Source of the DNA: Gemmatimonadota bacterium
GTDB taxonomy: Bacteria > JAAXHH01
DNA: 64,000 nucleotides
Reading direction: 5' to 3'
Assembly: GCA_026705925.1 (NCBI GenBank)
Contig: JAPOZT010000019.1
Span: 49,878 to 113,877 of the forward strand
This document shows positions 47,174 through 56,609 of this stretch, in pieces. A model generated the notes under the pieces. The model did not search any database. It was not told where the DNA came from and saw only the letters and a program-made list of their open reading frames with translations. Every line of letters begins with the position of its first letter. Positions within the stretch are counted from its first letter, which is position 1. Made by a program: the position numbers and the translations under genes.

Positions 47174-48040
47174 ATGCCGGATTACAACTATCATTTTGAT
47201 CGAGACGACATAGAGGCGGCCCTGGCCTGCCTGGATAAGTACGGCTTCTGCGTCATCCGGCAGCTGATCGACCGGGACATGGTCGCCGCATTGAAGGATT
47301 CCATCGACCGGCACCTGGATCCGGAGGGTGACCTGGCCCCGGCGTCCAACCGGTACCACATGTCCTTCGCCGAGGACAGCGAACCTGTCTGGGACCTGGT
47401 CGACCACCCGGCCTACATGGGATTCATTCGCACTATCCACGGCACCGACGACCTCTGCCTGCATCGGTCCGCGGCCATCCTGCGCACTCCGGGCGAGGGC
47501 ATGGGCCGCTGGCACCAGGACCACCGGGGACACATCGACAATCCGCAGCGGGCCAATGACGTCCTCAACCGCTATCCCATCCCCAGCGGCTGCTGGTTCT
47601 ATCTCAACGGAAGCCATCCGGACCGCAGCGGTATCGCGGTCATCGAGAAGTCCCACCATCTCGAGTGGGACGGTCCCGACGGGTTCGTCATGGGACCGAA
47701 CCGGGTCGGTCTGTACCCCGAAGGTGGTACGCCCGATACGCCCTACGACCCCATGTCCGTGCCCGGCTGCGTCCCGGTCCTCGCCGACCCCGGCGACCTG
47801 ATCTGCTTCGCCGCGCTCACCTGGCATGCCAACATGGCCACCCGCGAAAGACGCTACTCCTGCGGCATCGGTTTCCGCCCGAAAGCGTGGCGCATCGACG
47901 CGCCGTGGCCCCTTCCCGCTTCGGCCGCCGCCCTCGCCGAACGGCTTCCCGATCGTCTCAAGCATTTCACCGACGGATATACGGGTTTCGACGGGTTGTG
48001 GAGGGCGGAGGAAACAGCGGACGCATCCAGGCACGGCTGA
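47174..48040 (+). CDS. phytanoyl-CoA dioxygenase family, copy 4
   Basis: WHQDHRGH...H pattern. Start moved to ATG 47174; the upstream 24 codons are a 15-nt tandem repeat. Confidence 0.65.
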   Translation: MPDYNYHFDRDDIEAALACLDKYGFCVIRQLIDRDMVAALKDSIDRHLDPEGDLAPASNRYHMSFAEDSEPVWDLVDHPAYMGFIRTIHGTDDLCLHRSAAILRTPGEGMGRWHQDHRGHIDNPQRANDVLNRYPIPSGCWFYLNGSHPDRSGIAVIEKSHHLEWDGPDGFVMGPNRVGLYPEGGTPDTPYDPMSVPGCVPVLADPGDLICFAALTWHANMATRERRYSCGIGFRPKAWRIDAPWPLPASAAALAERLPDRLKHFTDGYTGFDGLWRAEETADASRHG

Positions 48041-48100
48041 CGTGCGACCAGATTCCTCCTCGCAGACGAATCCTGATTTGTGATCCCCGGTTGGACCTTG

Positions 48101-48787
48101 ATGACTACAACGTTGTTCTTCGATATCGGTGAAACCATCCTGGACGCCGGACCACAGATGGACGCGTTGATGGAAGTGCATCGAAACGCCCTGGAGGACT
48201 TCGGCTTTTCCATATCGCAGGACGAATACCGGCAGCTGGATGATGCGATGATAAGGTCCTTCGTGCCCAGTGCGATGCATGCGATTACGTGGCATTTTGC
48301 GAAATCGGATAAAGGCCTGCACGACGACATTACCCGCAAGATACGTTCGCATTATGATGAGATCAGGCAGATTGAAATCAGACTCAATCCCGGCGTAGAT
48401 AGGCTACTGGAAAAGTTGGCCGACGCTTATACGCTTGGTCTTGCCGGAAACGCGCCCGCATCGGTTCGAGAACTTCTGGAGGAACTTGGCATATTACACC
48501 GGTTCACCCACACCGACGTATCCGGGAGTATCGGAGTAAAGAAACCGGATCAACGCTTCTTTGAGACCATCCTCGCGAATGCGGACACGAAGGCGTCCGA
48601 AGCAATCATGATCGGAGACCGGCTCGACAACGACATCATACCGGCCAGGCGAATCGGCATGAAAACGATATGGTTACGATGGGGGCGTTATCGTATGATG
48701 GAACCTCGCACACCGGATGAGGCTCCTGATACGACCGTGGCCGATGTGCGCGAAGTTTCGGACGCGGTAAACTCGCTAGCTAGCTGA
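48101..48787 (+). CDS. HAD-superfamily hydrolase, copy 4
   Basis: FFDIGETI, IGDRLDND. Confidence 0.65.
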   Translation: MTTTLFFDIGETILDAGPQMDALMEVHRNALEDFGFSISQDEYRQLDDAMIRSFVPSAMHAITWHFAKSDKGLHDDITRKIRSHYDEIRQIEIRLNPGVDRLLEKLADAYTLGLAGNAPASVRELLEELGILHRFTHTDVSGSIGVKKPDQRFFETILANADTKASEAIMIGDRLDNDIIPARRIGMKTIWLRWGRYRMMEPRTPDEAPDTTVADVREVSDAVNSLAS

Positions 48788-48858
48788 CTCCCTGTGCCGA
48801 ATCGTAATAACCTCCTGCAGCCTCCTGCATCGATTGCCTGCAGTTTTAAGAGAAAACC

Positions 48859-49671
48859 ATGCGTTCCCATCCGCCTACTCCGAATAGCCTTCCCGATCCC
48901 GTCCGTGATCGCCTGAGGGGATACAAGTCTGACGGCCGCAATCAGAGGACCGAATCCTGTTCGGACGTCTTCCTCTATACGCACCCCTTGAAGAGCGGCC
49001 TGATCCTGAAGACACGAGACGTCCGATTGAGGCTGCAGGAACCGGACCTGCTGGCGGAGACCGTGGCCCTGACCTGGTTGCAAGACAAACTGCCCGTACC
49101 CGAGTACCGGTGTTTTCACGTGGAAGGCGATATCCAGTACCTGCTCATGACGCAGTTGGAAGGCGTAACAGGGATACATCCGGACGTGACCGGCGATCCT
49201 GCGCATCTCGTGGCGGAATTCGCACGGGGCCTGCGCGAAATACACGCACAGGACATCGGATCCTGTCCCATGGATTGGCGCATGTCGCGGTTCTTTCAAT
49301 GGGCGGAGGACCTGATCGACGGTGGTGTGTTTGACGATCGGATCCCGGCAGGCGGTACCAGAGACGGTCTAAGGGAAGAACTCGACGCGATCAAAACCGC
49401 TCTGCCCGAGGAGGAAGACCTGGTCTTCACACACGGCGACTACTGCCTGCCCAACGTCCTGTTCAAGGACGGCGAACTGACCGGATTCATAGACCTTGGT
49501 TACGCGGGTGTCGGCGACAGGTACCTGGATTTCGTGTCCGCGACCTGGACGATACAGAGAAACCTGGGCGAGGAGTGGATCTCCCGGTTTTTCCACGCCT
49601 ATGGCCTCGAGCATCCCGATCGGGAGAAAATGAAGACCTGGCAGAGCGTGTTCGAGTTTGTTTTTCGATAG
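48859..49671 (+). CDS. APH(3')-type aminoglycoside phosphotransferase family protein
   Basis: VFTHGDYCLPNVLF catalytic loop and GFIDLGYAGVGDRYLDF motif match APH(3') signatures. Whether it confers resistance is not inferable. Confidence 0.7.
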   Translation: MRSHPPTPNSLPDPVRDRLRGYKSDGRNQRTESCSDVFLYTHPLKSGLILKTRDVRLRLQEPDLLAETVALTWLQDKLPVPEYRCFHVEGDIQYLLMTQLEGVTGIHPDVTGDPAHLVAEFARGLREIHAQDIGSCPMDWRMSRFFQWAEDLIDGGVFDDRIPAGGTRDGLREELDAIKTALPEEEDLVFTHGDYCLPNVLFKDGELTGFIDLGYAGVGDRYLDFVSATWTIQRNLGEEWISRFFHAYGLEHPDREKMKTWQSVFEFVFR

Positions 49672-49707
49672 GAAATTGGCACGCACACGACACCACGACG
49701 GGAGACG

Positions 49708-50532
49708 ATGTACGTGAATATACCCCACGCCCAGGTCGAAGCCCTTCTTCGCGAAGCCACCGAGCAAATCGTCATGCCGTTCTGGAGGAATCTGGGTCGA
49801 GACGACATCACCGAGAAGAGTGCGGGCGATGTGACCACGTCGGCCGATACCCGGTGCGAGGCTTTCCTGACATCTCAACTACCCGGTTTAATCGAAGACT
49901 CGCTGGTCCTGGGCGAGGAGAGCGTCCATGACGATCCCGGTCTGTTGGCCGCGCTCCAGACGGATGCGCCTGTCTGGGTAATCGATCCCCTGGATGGCAC
50001 AAAGTACTTCGCGGCAGGCCAACCGGAGTTTGCTATCATGGTTTGCCTCATTCAGTCGGGCTTGACGATAGGAGCGTGGATACTCAACCCGATAGACGGC
50101 CAGTTGACGAGTGCGGAACGGGGGTGCGGGGCCTTCCAGGGAGACAGGCCCCTGACCGTTGACCCATCCTCCGTTCCCCTGGATCGTATGCGCGGCGTGG
50201 TGGCGACATGGTACCTGCCTGATTCCTTGCGACCCACCGCCGAAGCGGTACTGGGTTCCTTCCTGTACATCGAACGTACCCGGTGCGCCGGCTATAACTA
50301 TCCTTCCTTCGCAAAGAACGAACTGCACTTCCTGTTCTTCTATCGCACCCTGGTCTGGGATCACGCGCCGGGCGCGTTGATCGCGCAAGAGGCCGGCGGT
50401 TTCGTGCGCAGACTGGATGGGAGGGAGTATTCGCCGGTGGATGACCGCAAGGGGCTGCTGTGTGCCAACAACCCGGAAACGTGGAAATCGGTACAGCGGA
50501 CGCTGGTGCCGTCAGTATCGGTAGTCGGTTAG
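49708..50532 (+). CDS. inositol monophosphatase family protein
   Basis: WVIDPLDGT metal-binding motif, LGEES upstream motif. Confidence 0.75.
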   Translation: MYVNIPHAQVEALLREATEQIVMPFWRNLGRDDITEKSAGDVTTSADTRCEAFLTSQLPGLIEDSLVLGEESVHDDPGLLAALQTDAPVWVIDPLDGTKYFAAGQPEFAIMVCLIQSGLTIGAWILNPIDGQLTSAERGCGAFQGDRPLTVDPSSVPLDRMRGVVATWYLPDSLRPTAEAVLGSFLYIERTRCAGYNYPSFAKNELHFLFFYRTLVWDHAPGALIAQEAGGFVRRLDGREYSPVDDRKGLLCANNPETWKSVQRTLVPSVSVVG

Positions 50533-50669
50533 GCTCCGCGTAAGGCTCTGCTACGACTTTAGGTGCCGGACAAATACTGATGTCAAAAATTCTTGACACG
50601 CCAGTTAATGTCTAGTATTTTTTACACCATGTCAAGTATATCAGTCATATGATCCGCATTGGGAGACGC

Positions 50670-51089
50670 ATGAACATGTCCTTCGAAGAGAAGAGTGTCT
50701 GGGTTGAATTCGTCAGTTACTTCATCGGCCTGGGCGGCTACCTGATTGTCGCCGGCCGCATGCTGTCAAACGGTGTCAGTGCCTTGCCACCCTACGTGCC
50801 GGTCTTCGCCGTGGCGGTCGTCTTCATCGTGGCTGTAAATATCGTAGGACACATCGTCGCGGCAGCCACCAGCCGGTCGGACGAGGTCGACGAGCGTGAT
50901 CGGCTCATCGGCTGGCGCGCGGAAAGCGGGTCGTCGTGGATCCTGGGCTTCGGCGTCATCGGCGCGATCACTGCGCTGATCTTTTCGGTCGGCAGCGTCT
51001 GGGTGGCTCACCTGCTTCTCATCTCGTTGTTCGTATCCGAAGTGACGAAGAACGTGTTGCAGATCGTCTACTACCGCCGGGGGATCTGA
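50670..51089 (+). CDS. small polytopic membrane protein partnered with XRE regulator, cassette 2
   Basis: GGGAG 4 nt upstream of ATG. TGTCAAaaattcTTGACA inverted repeat / -35 box upstream. Paralogous in layout to 38607-39005. Confidence 0.55.
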   Translation: MNMSFEEKSVWVEFVSYFIGLGGYLIVAGRMLSNGVSALPPYVPVFAVAVVFIVAVNIVGHIVAAATSRSDEVDERDRLIGWRAESGSSWILGFGVIGAITALIFSVGSVWVAHLLLISLFVSEVTKNVLQIVYYRRGI

Positions 51090-51091
51090 AC

Positions 51092-51331
51092 GTGGCTAGA
51101 TCGAGAGTGAGCATCCGCAACCAGATCCGGATCCTGCGGTTCCGCCACGGCGAGATGACGCAGCAGCAACTCGCCGACCAGGTCGGTGTCACCCGGCAGA
51201 CGGTCAACGCGATCGAGGGCGGCAAATACTCGCCGTCGCTCGAAGTCGCGTTCCGGATAGCCCACGTATTCGGGGAGCCGCTCGAAGAAGTGTTTCAGTT
51301 CGTCGATGCAGAGCCCGGGCGTCGCGGATAG
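51092..51331 (+). CDS. XRE-family HTH regulator, cassette 2 (GTG start 2 nt after partner stop)
   Basis: ...IRNQIRILRFRHGEMTQQQLADQVGVTRQTVNAIEGGKYSPSLEVAFRIAHVF aligns with 38398-38610 product. Confidence 0.7.
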   Translation: MARSRVSIRNQIRILRFRHGEMTQQQLADQVGVTRQTVNAIEGGKYSPSLEVAFRIAHVFGEPLEEVFQFVDAEPGRRG

Positions 51332-51342
51332 GCGCAAATAAT

Positions 51343-51519
51343 CACGGACCAGGCGTCCTGATTGCGCAGGAGGCGGGCGGTTTCGTGCGAAGGTTGGACG
51401 GCACCGAGTACACCCCTGTGGATGACCGCAAGGGGCTGCTGTGTGCCAACAATCCGGAGATGTGGAAGTCGGTGCAGCGGACGCTGGTGCCGTCCGTCGA
51501 GATCGACGGCAAAATCTAG
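51343..51519 (+). pseudogene. 3' fragment duplicate of the inositol monophosphatase gene (last about 58 codons)
   Basis: About 85% nt identity to 50356-50532, translating to HGPGVLIAQEAGGFVRRLDGTEYTPVDDRKGLLCANNPEMWKSVQRTLVPSV.... Forms direct repeats flanking cassette 2. Confidence 0.75.
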
Positions 51520-51636
51520 CACCTACTCTTCTGTGGAGTTCATGGATAACGTGGCCCCGCGACTTCCACGGGGCCACGCCTGGCCGCGAAATGCCGGTTC
51601 ACGATGCGAGGCGCCACTTCACCTCGAGACGTCCTT

Positions 51637-52431
51637 TTACCTCGTGGTCTGGAACGGTCGAACTGTTCCGGAGAAAGGTAACGGCGGATCAAGTCGCCAA
51701 ACCCGGGATACAGCCGCAATTCTGGCCAGTTTTGCATACGCTCCGTCAATCGAATCGTATTCGGCTTCAAACCGGTCAATGGTACCGGACGTTTCACCAG
51801 GATGTTCTCCCATAGATTCGGAGTGCGACGTATTCCCGGTGGATGCGTCATACACCAGTGAAAGGTTGAATAACACCGGTTTGCCTTCCGATTTGCCGTC
51901 ACTGGCGAAGATGACCGCCGGCAGTACGGGAACGATACCGACGTTTCCGTATACAGACGCAAATTCAGCCGGCGTTACGGAACTCCGGGGCCGGATGATG
52001 AATCGACTGCCATACCGATCGACACAGAGCAGCGCTTCCTCGGGGGATCGAATGCCCAGCCTGCCGGGAATCGCGATACCGAACCGGTAGGTAATAACAT
52101 CCTTCTCATAGTCCGACGCCGGATCCCCCTCGAACTCCAGTTCCGTCCCGGGACCCGCAGGGAACTGGACGACGCGAGAACGATCATAGACCGGGTCGTT
52201 TACGACCGGAGGGTGGTTAGGACCGTGGTGCACGGGCCGGACCAGGGACATCGCATTGAAGACGGCCGGTGCCGGCTTCCAATGCAGCGCCGGCTGCACC
52301 TGCTGCGCCGGCTTCGTCGACTGCTTCACCTGCGGTGACGTCGTGGAATCCGAGAATCCGATCCAGGCGACCACGAACGTGACCGCGAGTAAAGGAACCA
52401 GAAAGTAGGAAACCAGGGTTGACCGTGACAT
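51637..52431 (-). CDS. hypothetical protein with N-terminal signal-anchor/TM
   Basis: 264-aa ORF. Hydrophobic N-terminus (LVSYFLVPLLAVTFVVAWIGF). Confidence 0.45.
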   Translation of the reverse strand: MSRSTLVSYFLVPLLAVTFVVAWIGFSDSTTSPQVKQSTKPAQQVQPALHWKPAPAVFNAMSLVRPVHHGPNHPPVVNDPVYDRSRVVQFPAGPGTELEFEGDPASDYEKDVITYRFGIAIPGRLGIRSPEEALLCVDRYGSRFIIRPRSSVTPAEFASVYGNVGIVPVLPAVIFASDGKSEGKPVLFNLSLVYDASTGNTSHSESMGEHPGETSGTIDRFEAEYDSIDGAYAKLARIAAVSRVWRLDPPLPFSGTVRPFQTTR

Positions 52432-52834
52432 GGGTAGCTCCCTTGTTGCTGTGTGAATGAGAACAGGAAGGAACTACGGACATGTGGTCATGGAGGAGAT
52501 CTCGACTGCCAGCTGCTGCGTATGACATCTGGCAATCCGTGTTTTGTGTGTGAATCGTCATCGACGAAAATGACCGGTGCCGAAGAGACAGGTAGCAGGA
52601 TCTTGCGAGACAACGAGTTGACGTGCAGACCGCACAAATCCACCAACCCGTCCAGAGACAGCCTGTCCTGCAAAAAAGAGAAGCATTTGCACACCCAGAT
52701 CCTGATCATGGCCTTTCCTCTCGGACACGTCGAGGTTGACGGCGTCTCTACCCCGTTTTACGACCATGGCAATTCACAGGTTCCCGGGAAAGCGTGAACA
52801 GACGCAAACCGGGCCGGTTTTTTTTGGACGCCAT

Positions 52835-54058
52835 TCAGGAATTGGAAATCTGCGGCGGCCGCAATCCGGTGTATCTGGCCCGCGGCCGGATGAGCTGGTC
52901 CCTTTCGTACTGTTCGATCGCGTGTCCGATCCAGCCGGCCGTGCGGCCGAGGGCGAACAGGGCCATGGCGCTGCCTTCGGGCATATTCAGGACGCGCACC
53001 AGCGCCGTGAGGGCCAGGTCGATGTTGTAACGGTCCGGGACCAGACGATGGGTTGTTTCGATGATTTCCCGCGCGAGTAGCAGGTCCTTCGATCCCGGAA
53101 ACCGATCTTCCAGCTTGCGCAACAGCAGGCTTGCCCGCGGGTCCACGTCGCGATAGACGGCGTGGCCGAACCCGGGGATCTTCTCACCGATCCGCAACCG
53201 ATTGGCGATCGCCCGTTCAACGCTGCCGATCGATTCCGCCTCTTGAAACAGCGCTTCGACCCGCTCGCTGGCCGCGCCGTGTTTATAGCCGCGCAGTGCG
53301 GCGAGACCCGCGCAGACCGCACTGTAGGGCGTCGTTCCCGCCGATGCGGCGCATCGCACCGTAAAGGTCGATACATTCAATTCGTGATCCGCGAACAGCA
53401 CCAGGGTCGTATTGATCAGCTCCGCCGCGCCTTCAATGTCCGGCGCCCAGGCCCTTCGCAAGGCCTGGGCGATCCCACCCATCGGGTCTTCGCCCGTGGC
53501 CACACCCGTCATGAACCAGAGAATCCGCATGCCCGTGGCGGCGACCGTGTCCCGCCGCAGGTCCAGTGCGGCCAGGTCATCCGCCTCGGCCAGGGGAAGC
53601 AGCGTCTGGAAGCGTTCGACGGGTTTGAGGTTGTTCAATTTCAACCAGCTTTCGCGGTAGTCTCTCTGATAGGTGTTCGAGAAAATGGGAAAGGAGAATC
53701 GCTTGTCATTGGTCCAGATCAGGGCCGCAACGCGCTCGAACGATTCGTTTGCCGCCAGGATCGTCGCGTCCCGGCCCCGGTAGAACAGCCGCTCGTCCGT
53801 GATCAACGTAATCGCCGATTCCAGGATAGGATCCCCCGTGTACAGGGCTCGTTTTACCGCCCAACCCGGATTCCGGCGGGATCTCTTGCGGGCTTTCAAC
53901 CGCTCGATGTCTTCACTGCGATACAACCGCTTCCGTCTGCCGTCGCCGCTTTCTTCGGACCGGATCATGCCGCGGCTAACATACGCATAGAGCGTAGATG
54001 GACTGACATTCAGCGCGGAAGCCGCTTCGGTGGATGTCATGTATCTTCTGCTGTTCAC
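52835..54058 (-). CDS. HTH (MerR/excisionase-type) fused to citrate-synthase-like domain
   Basis: N-terminal MTSTEAASALNVSPSTLYAYVSRG HTH. Citrate-synthase motifs ADHELNVSTFT, YKHGAASE (His), GFGHAVYRDVDPRA (His), GRTAGWIGHAIEQ. Confidence 0.7.
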   Translation of the reverse strand: MNSRRYMTSTEAASALNVSPSTLYAYVSRGMIRSEESGDGRRKRLYRSEDIERLKARKRSRRNPGWAVKRALYTGDPILESAITLITDERLFYRGRDATILAANESFERVAALIWTNDKRFSFPIFSNTYQRDYRESWLKLNNLKPVERFQTLLPLAEADDLAALDLRRDTVAATGMRILWFMTGVATGEDPMGGIAQALRRAWAPDIEGAAELINTTLVLFADHELNVSTFTVRCAASAGTTPYSAVCAGLAALRGYKHGAASERVEALFQEAESIGSVERAIANRLRIGEKIPGFGHAVYRDVDPRASLLLRKLEDRFPGSKDLLLAREIIETTHRLVPDRYNIDLALTALVRVLNMPEGSAMALFALGRTAGWIGHAIEQYERDQLIRPRARYTGLRPPQISNS

Positions 54059-54077
54059 TGCAATGTCCTCTCGTATA

Positions 54078-54145
54078 TACGGCCCGTTGTGGGTTACGGC
54101 CCGTTGTGGGTTACGGCCCGTTGTGGGTTCCGGGCCGTTGTGGGG
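54078..54145. repeat. 17-bp tandem repeat x4 (tacggcccgttgtgggt) in divergent promoter
   Basis: Read directly. Followed by palindromes TCAATATTGA and TGACA-ata-TGTCA at 54166-54215. Confidence 0.85.
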
Positions 54146-54257
54146 TGTCCCATTTCAAGAATATATGTTGATTGATATTTTAATCAATATTGACAATATG
54201 TCAAATCACCTTTTGTTAGATACGGACGGGACAACTGCCTGATAAAGGAGGAACGAC

Positions 54258-55337
54258 TTGCACCAGATCGCCGTGCTGCCCGGAGACGGGATCGGACCTG
54301 AAATAACCCGCGAGGCCGTTAAGGTTCTGAAGGCTGTAGGGGAGCGACACCAACTGGATCTCGATTTCTCCCACCACCTGGTCGGGGGAGCGCTGCTCGA
54401 TGCGCAGGGCGTCGCCTTGTCCGATGAACTCGTGGAGGCTTGCAGGCGCAGCGACGCGGTACTCTTCGGCGCGGTGGGCGGGCCAAAATGGGACCACCTG
54501 GACATGCAGGACCGGGCGGACCATGCCCTGATTCGACTACGGCAGGAACTAAACGTCTACGCGAATCTACGGCAGTTCCGATTGTACGCGGGGCTGGAAG
54601 ACGCGTCCGCAGTCAAAGCCGATCTCATAAGCGGGGGTGTTGATTTCATCATACTGCGCGAGCTTTCCAGCGGCGCCTACTACGGACGGCCCAAGTTCAG
54701 CGAAGTCACCTCCAGCGGCCGGCGGGCCGTCGATACCATCGAGTACTACGATTTCCAGGTCGAACGACTGGCCCGCTACGGATACGAACTGGCGCGGCAG
54801 AGGCGTGGGAGGCTGACCTCGATGTCGAAGTGGAATGCCCTGGAATCCTCCAGGCTCTGGCGCGATGTCGTCGATGAAGTGGCCCCGGTATATCCCGATG
54901 TCGATACACGGCATGAAATCGTCGACGCAGGCGCCATGAACCTGATCCAGCGGCCCGCCGAGTACGACGTGATCGTCATGCCCAACATGTTCGGTGATAT
55001 ACTGGGCGACGAGGCGGCCGTTCTTGCCGGGTCTATCGGAATGGTCCCGTCCGCGGAGATCTCGCTGGACGGCACCTCGCTGTATGAGCCGATACACGGG
55101 AGTGCGAATGACATCGAAGGCAAGAACATCGCGAATCCCATCGGAACGATCCTGAGCGGCGCCCTGATGTTCCGGTACAGCCTGGACTGTCCCGACGGCG
55201 CCGACGAGATCGAACGCGCGGTCGGCAGGGTGATCGAAGAAGGATACAGGACCGCGGACATCCTGAGGTCGCCCGGTCAACAGAGGGTATCCACGTTGGA
55301 AATGGGCGATCTGGTGGTTGAAATGTTAAGGGAGTGA
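54258..55337 (+). CDS. isopropylmalate/isocitrate/tartrate dehydrogenase family (IPMDH-like)
   Basis: TTG start with AGGAGG-N7. IAVLPGDGIGPEI, NLFGDILSD-like (NMFGDILGDEAA) motifs. Confidence 0.75.
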   Translation: MHQIAVLPGDGIGPEITREAVKVLKAVGERHQLDLDFSHHLVGGALLDAQGVALSDELVEACRRSDAVLFGAVGGPKWDHLDMQDRADHALIRLRQELNVYANLRQFRLYAGLEDASAVKADLISGGVDFIILRELSSGAYYGRPKFSEVTSSGRRAVDTIEYYDFQVERLARYGYELARQRRGRLTSMSKWNALESSRLWRDVVDEVAPVYPDVDTRHEIVDAGAMNLIQRPAEYDVIVMPNMFGDILGDEAAVLAGSIGMVPSAEISLDGTSLYEPIHGSANDIEGKNIANPIGTILSGALMFRYSLDCPDGADEIERAVGRVIEEGYRTADILRSPGQQRVSTLEMGDLVVEMLRE

Positions 55338-55339
55338 TC

Positions 55340-56470
55340 ATGTCTTACTCACCTGGACTCAAGGACGTCGTAGCGGCGGAAACCCGCCTGAGTCATGTCG
55401 ATGGCGAAGCCGGCATACTGGTCATCGGGGGATATCCACTCGAGGAGATTGCCGAAAGGGCGACTTACGAGGAGATGGTATACCTCCTTTGGCACGGGAG
55501 GCTGCCCACCGAGGCTGCCCTCGAGGGATTCGCTGGCGAACTGGCTGCGAGCCGCCCGCTGCCCGGTGTCACCCACGATCTGTTGCGCGGCGCGGCGAAG
55601 GAACGCCGACCTGTCATCGACGTGGTTCGCATGGCCGCGGCCTCCCTTCCTTCCATCGACGACACAGCCGACGCCCGGTCCCTGGTGGCCGGCCTGCCGA
55701 CCATCGTGGCGGCCTACTGGCGCCTTCTTCACGGCAAAGAACCGGTAGCACCCGACGCCAGTCTCGGCCACGCGGCCAATCTGCTGTACATGCTGGACGG
55801 CGAAAACCCCGGCGGTGATCGCGTACGGGCACTGACGACCTATCTCAACACGGTGATCGACCACGGCATGAACGCTTCCACCTTCACGGCGCGGGTTATC
55901 GTTTCCACGCGTTCGGACTTCGTTTCTGCCGTTTCAGGTGCGATCAGCGCGCTCAAAGGACCCCTCCACGGCGGCGCACCCGGCCCCGTCATTTCCATGC
56001 TCGAAGCGATCGGCGACGCCGATAACGCCGAATCCTACCTTCGCGAACGGCTTGAGTCCGGTGAACGGCTCATGGGTTTCGGTCACGCGGTATACCGGGT
56101 TCGCGACCCGCGGGCCGACGTCCTTTCGCGCGCCGCGCGCGCCTTCTTCGACCATGAAGACGACGACCGTGAAGACGACCTGTACGACCTGTACGACCTG
56201 GCCGTGCACGTCGAGAAAACCGCCCTCGAACTCCTCGAAGAATACAAACCCGGCCGGCGCCTGCAGACCAACGTCGAGTTCTACACCGCTCTTCTCCTCA
56301 AGGGGCTGGGGCTCCACCCGGACCTCTTCACCCCCATGTTCGCCGTGGGACGCGTCGCCGGCTGGACCGCACACTGCATCGAGCAGCGGGCCGTCGATCG
56401 TATCTTTCGTCCGGAATCTCTTTACTCGGGCGAGATGGCCAGACAGTGGACGCCCCGTGATGAGCGGTAG
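55340..56470 (+). CDS. citrate synthase (short about 375-aa type; could be 2-methylcitrate synthase)
   Basis: GPLHGGA, GFGHAVYRVRDPRA, GRVAGWTAHCIEQ. Acidic insertion with 9-nt tandem repeat. Overlaps upstream gene stop. Confidence 0.8.
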   Translation: MSYSPGLKDVVAAETRLSHVDGEAGILVIGGYPLEEIAERATYEEMVYLLWHGRLPTEAALEGFAGELAASRPLPGVTHDLLRGAAKERRPVIDVVRMAAASLPSIDDTADARSLVAGLPTIVAAYWRLLHGKEPVAPDASLGHAANLLYMLDGENPGGDRVRALTTYLNTVIDHGMNASTFTARVIVSTRSDFVSAVSGAISALKGPLHGGAPGPVISMLEAIGDADNAESYLRERLESGERLMGFGHAVYRVRDPRADVLSRAARAFFDHEDDDREDDLYDLYDLAVHVEKTALELLEEYKPGRRLQTNVEFYTALLLKGLGLHPDLFTPMFAVGRVAGWTAHCIEQRAVDRIFRPESLYSGEMARQWTPRDER

Positions 56471-56609
56471 CTTATTGCCACGGGTACTCATCTACTTAAC
56501 GCTGGCATAACGTGTCCGAATCTCGCATAATACCATCTTGAGACATCTATACGGTTGAGGACATGACTTCAGGTTGATCTTGCGGGCAATACCGGGAGAG
56601 GAACAGGCT

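Noticed and set aside
48859-49671. APH(3') gene as a horizontally acquired antibiotic-resistance determinant
   Set aside because: GC content and codon usage match the surrounding chromosome and no mobile-element genes flank it. It is treated as a native kinase-family gene.
54078-54145. Possible CRISPR-like array
   Set aside because: Only four contiguous 17-bp units with no spacers. This is a tandem repeat in a promoter, not a CRISPR.
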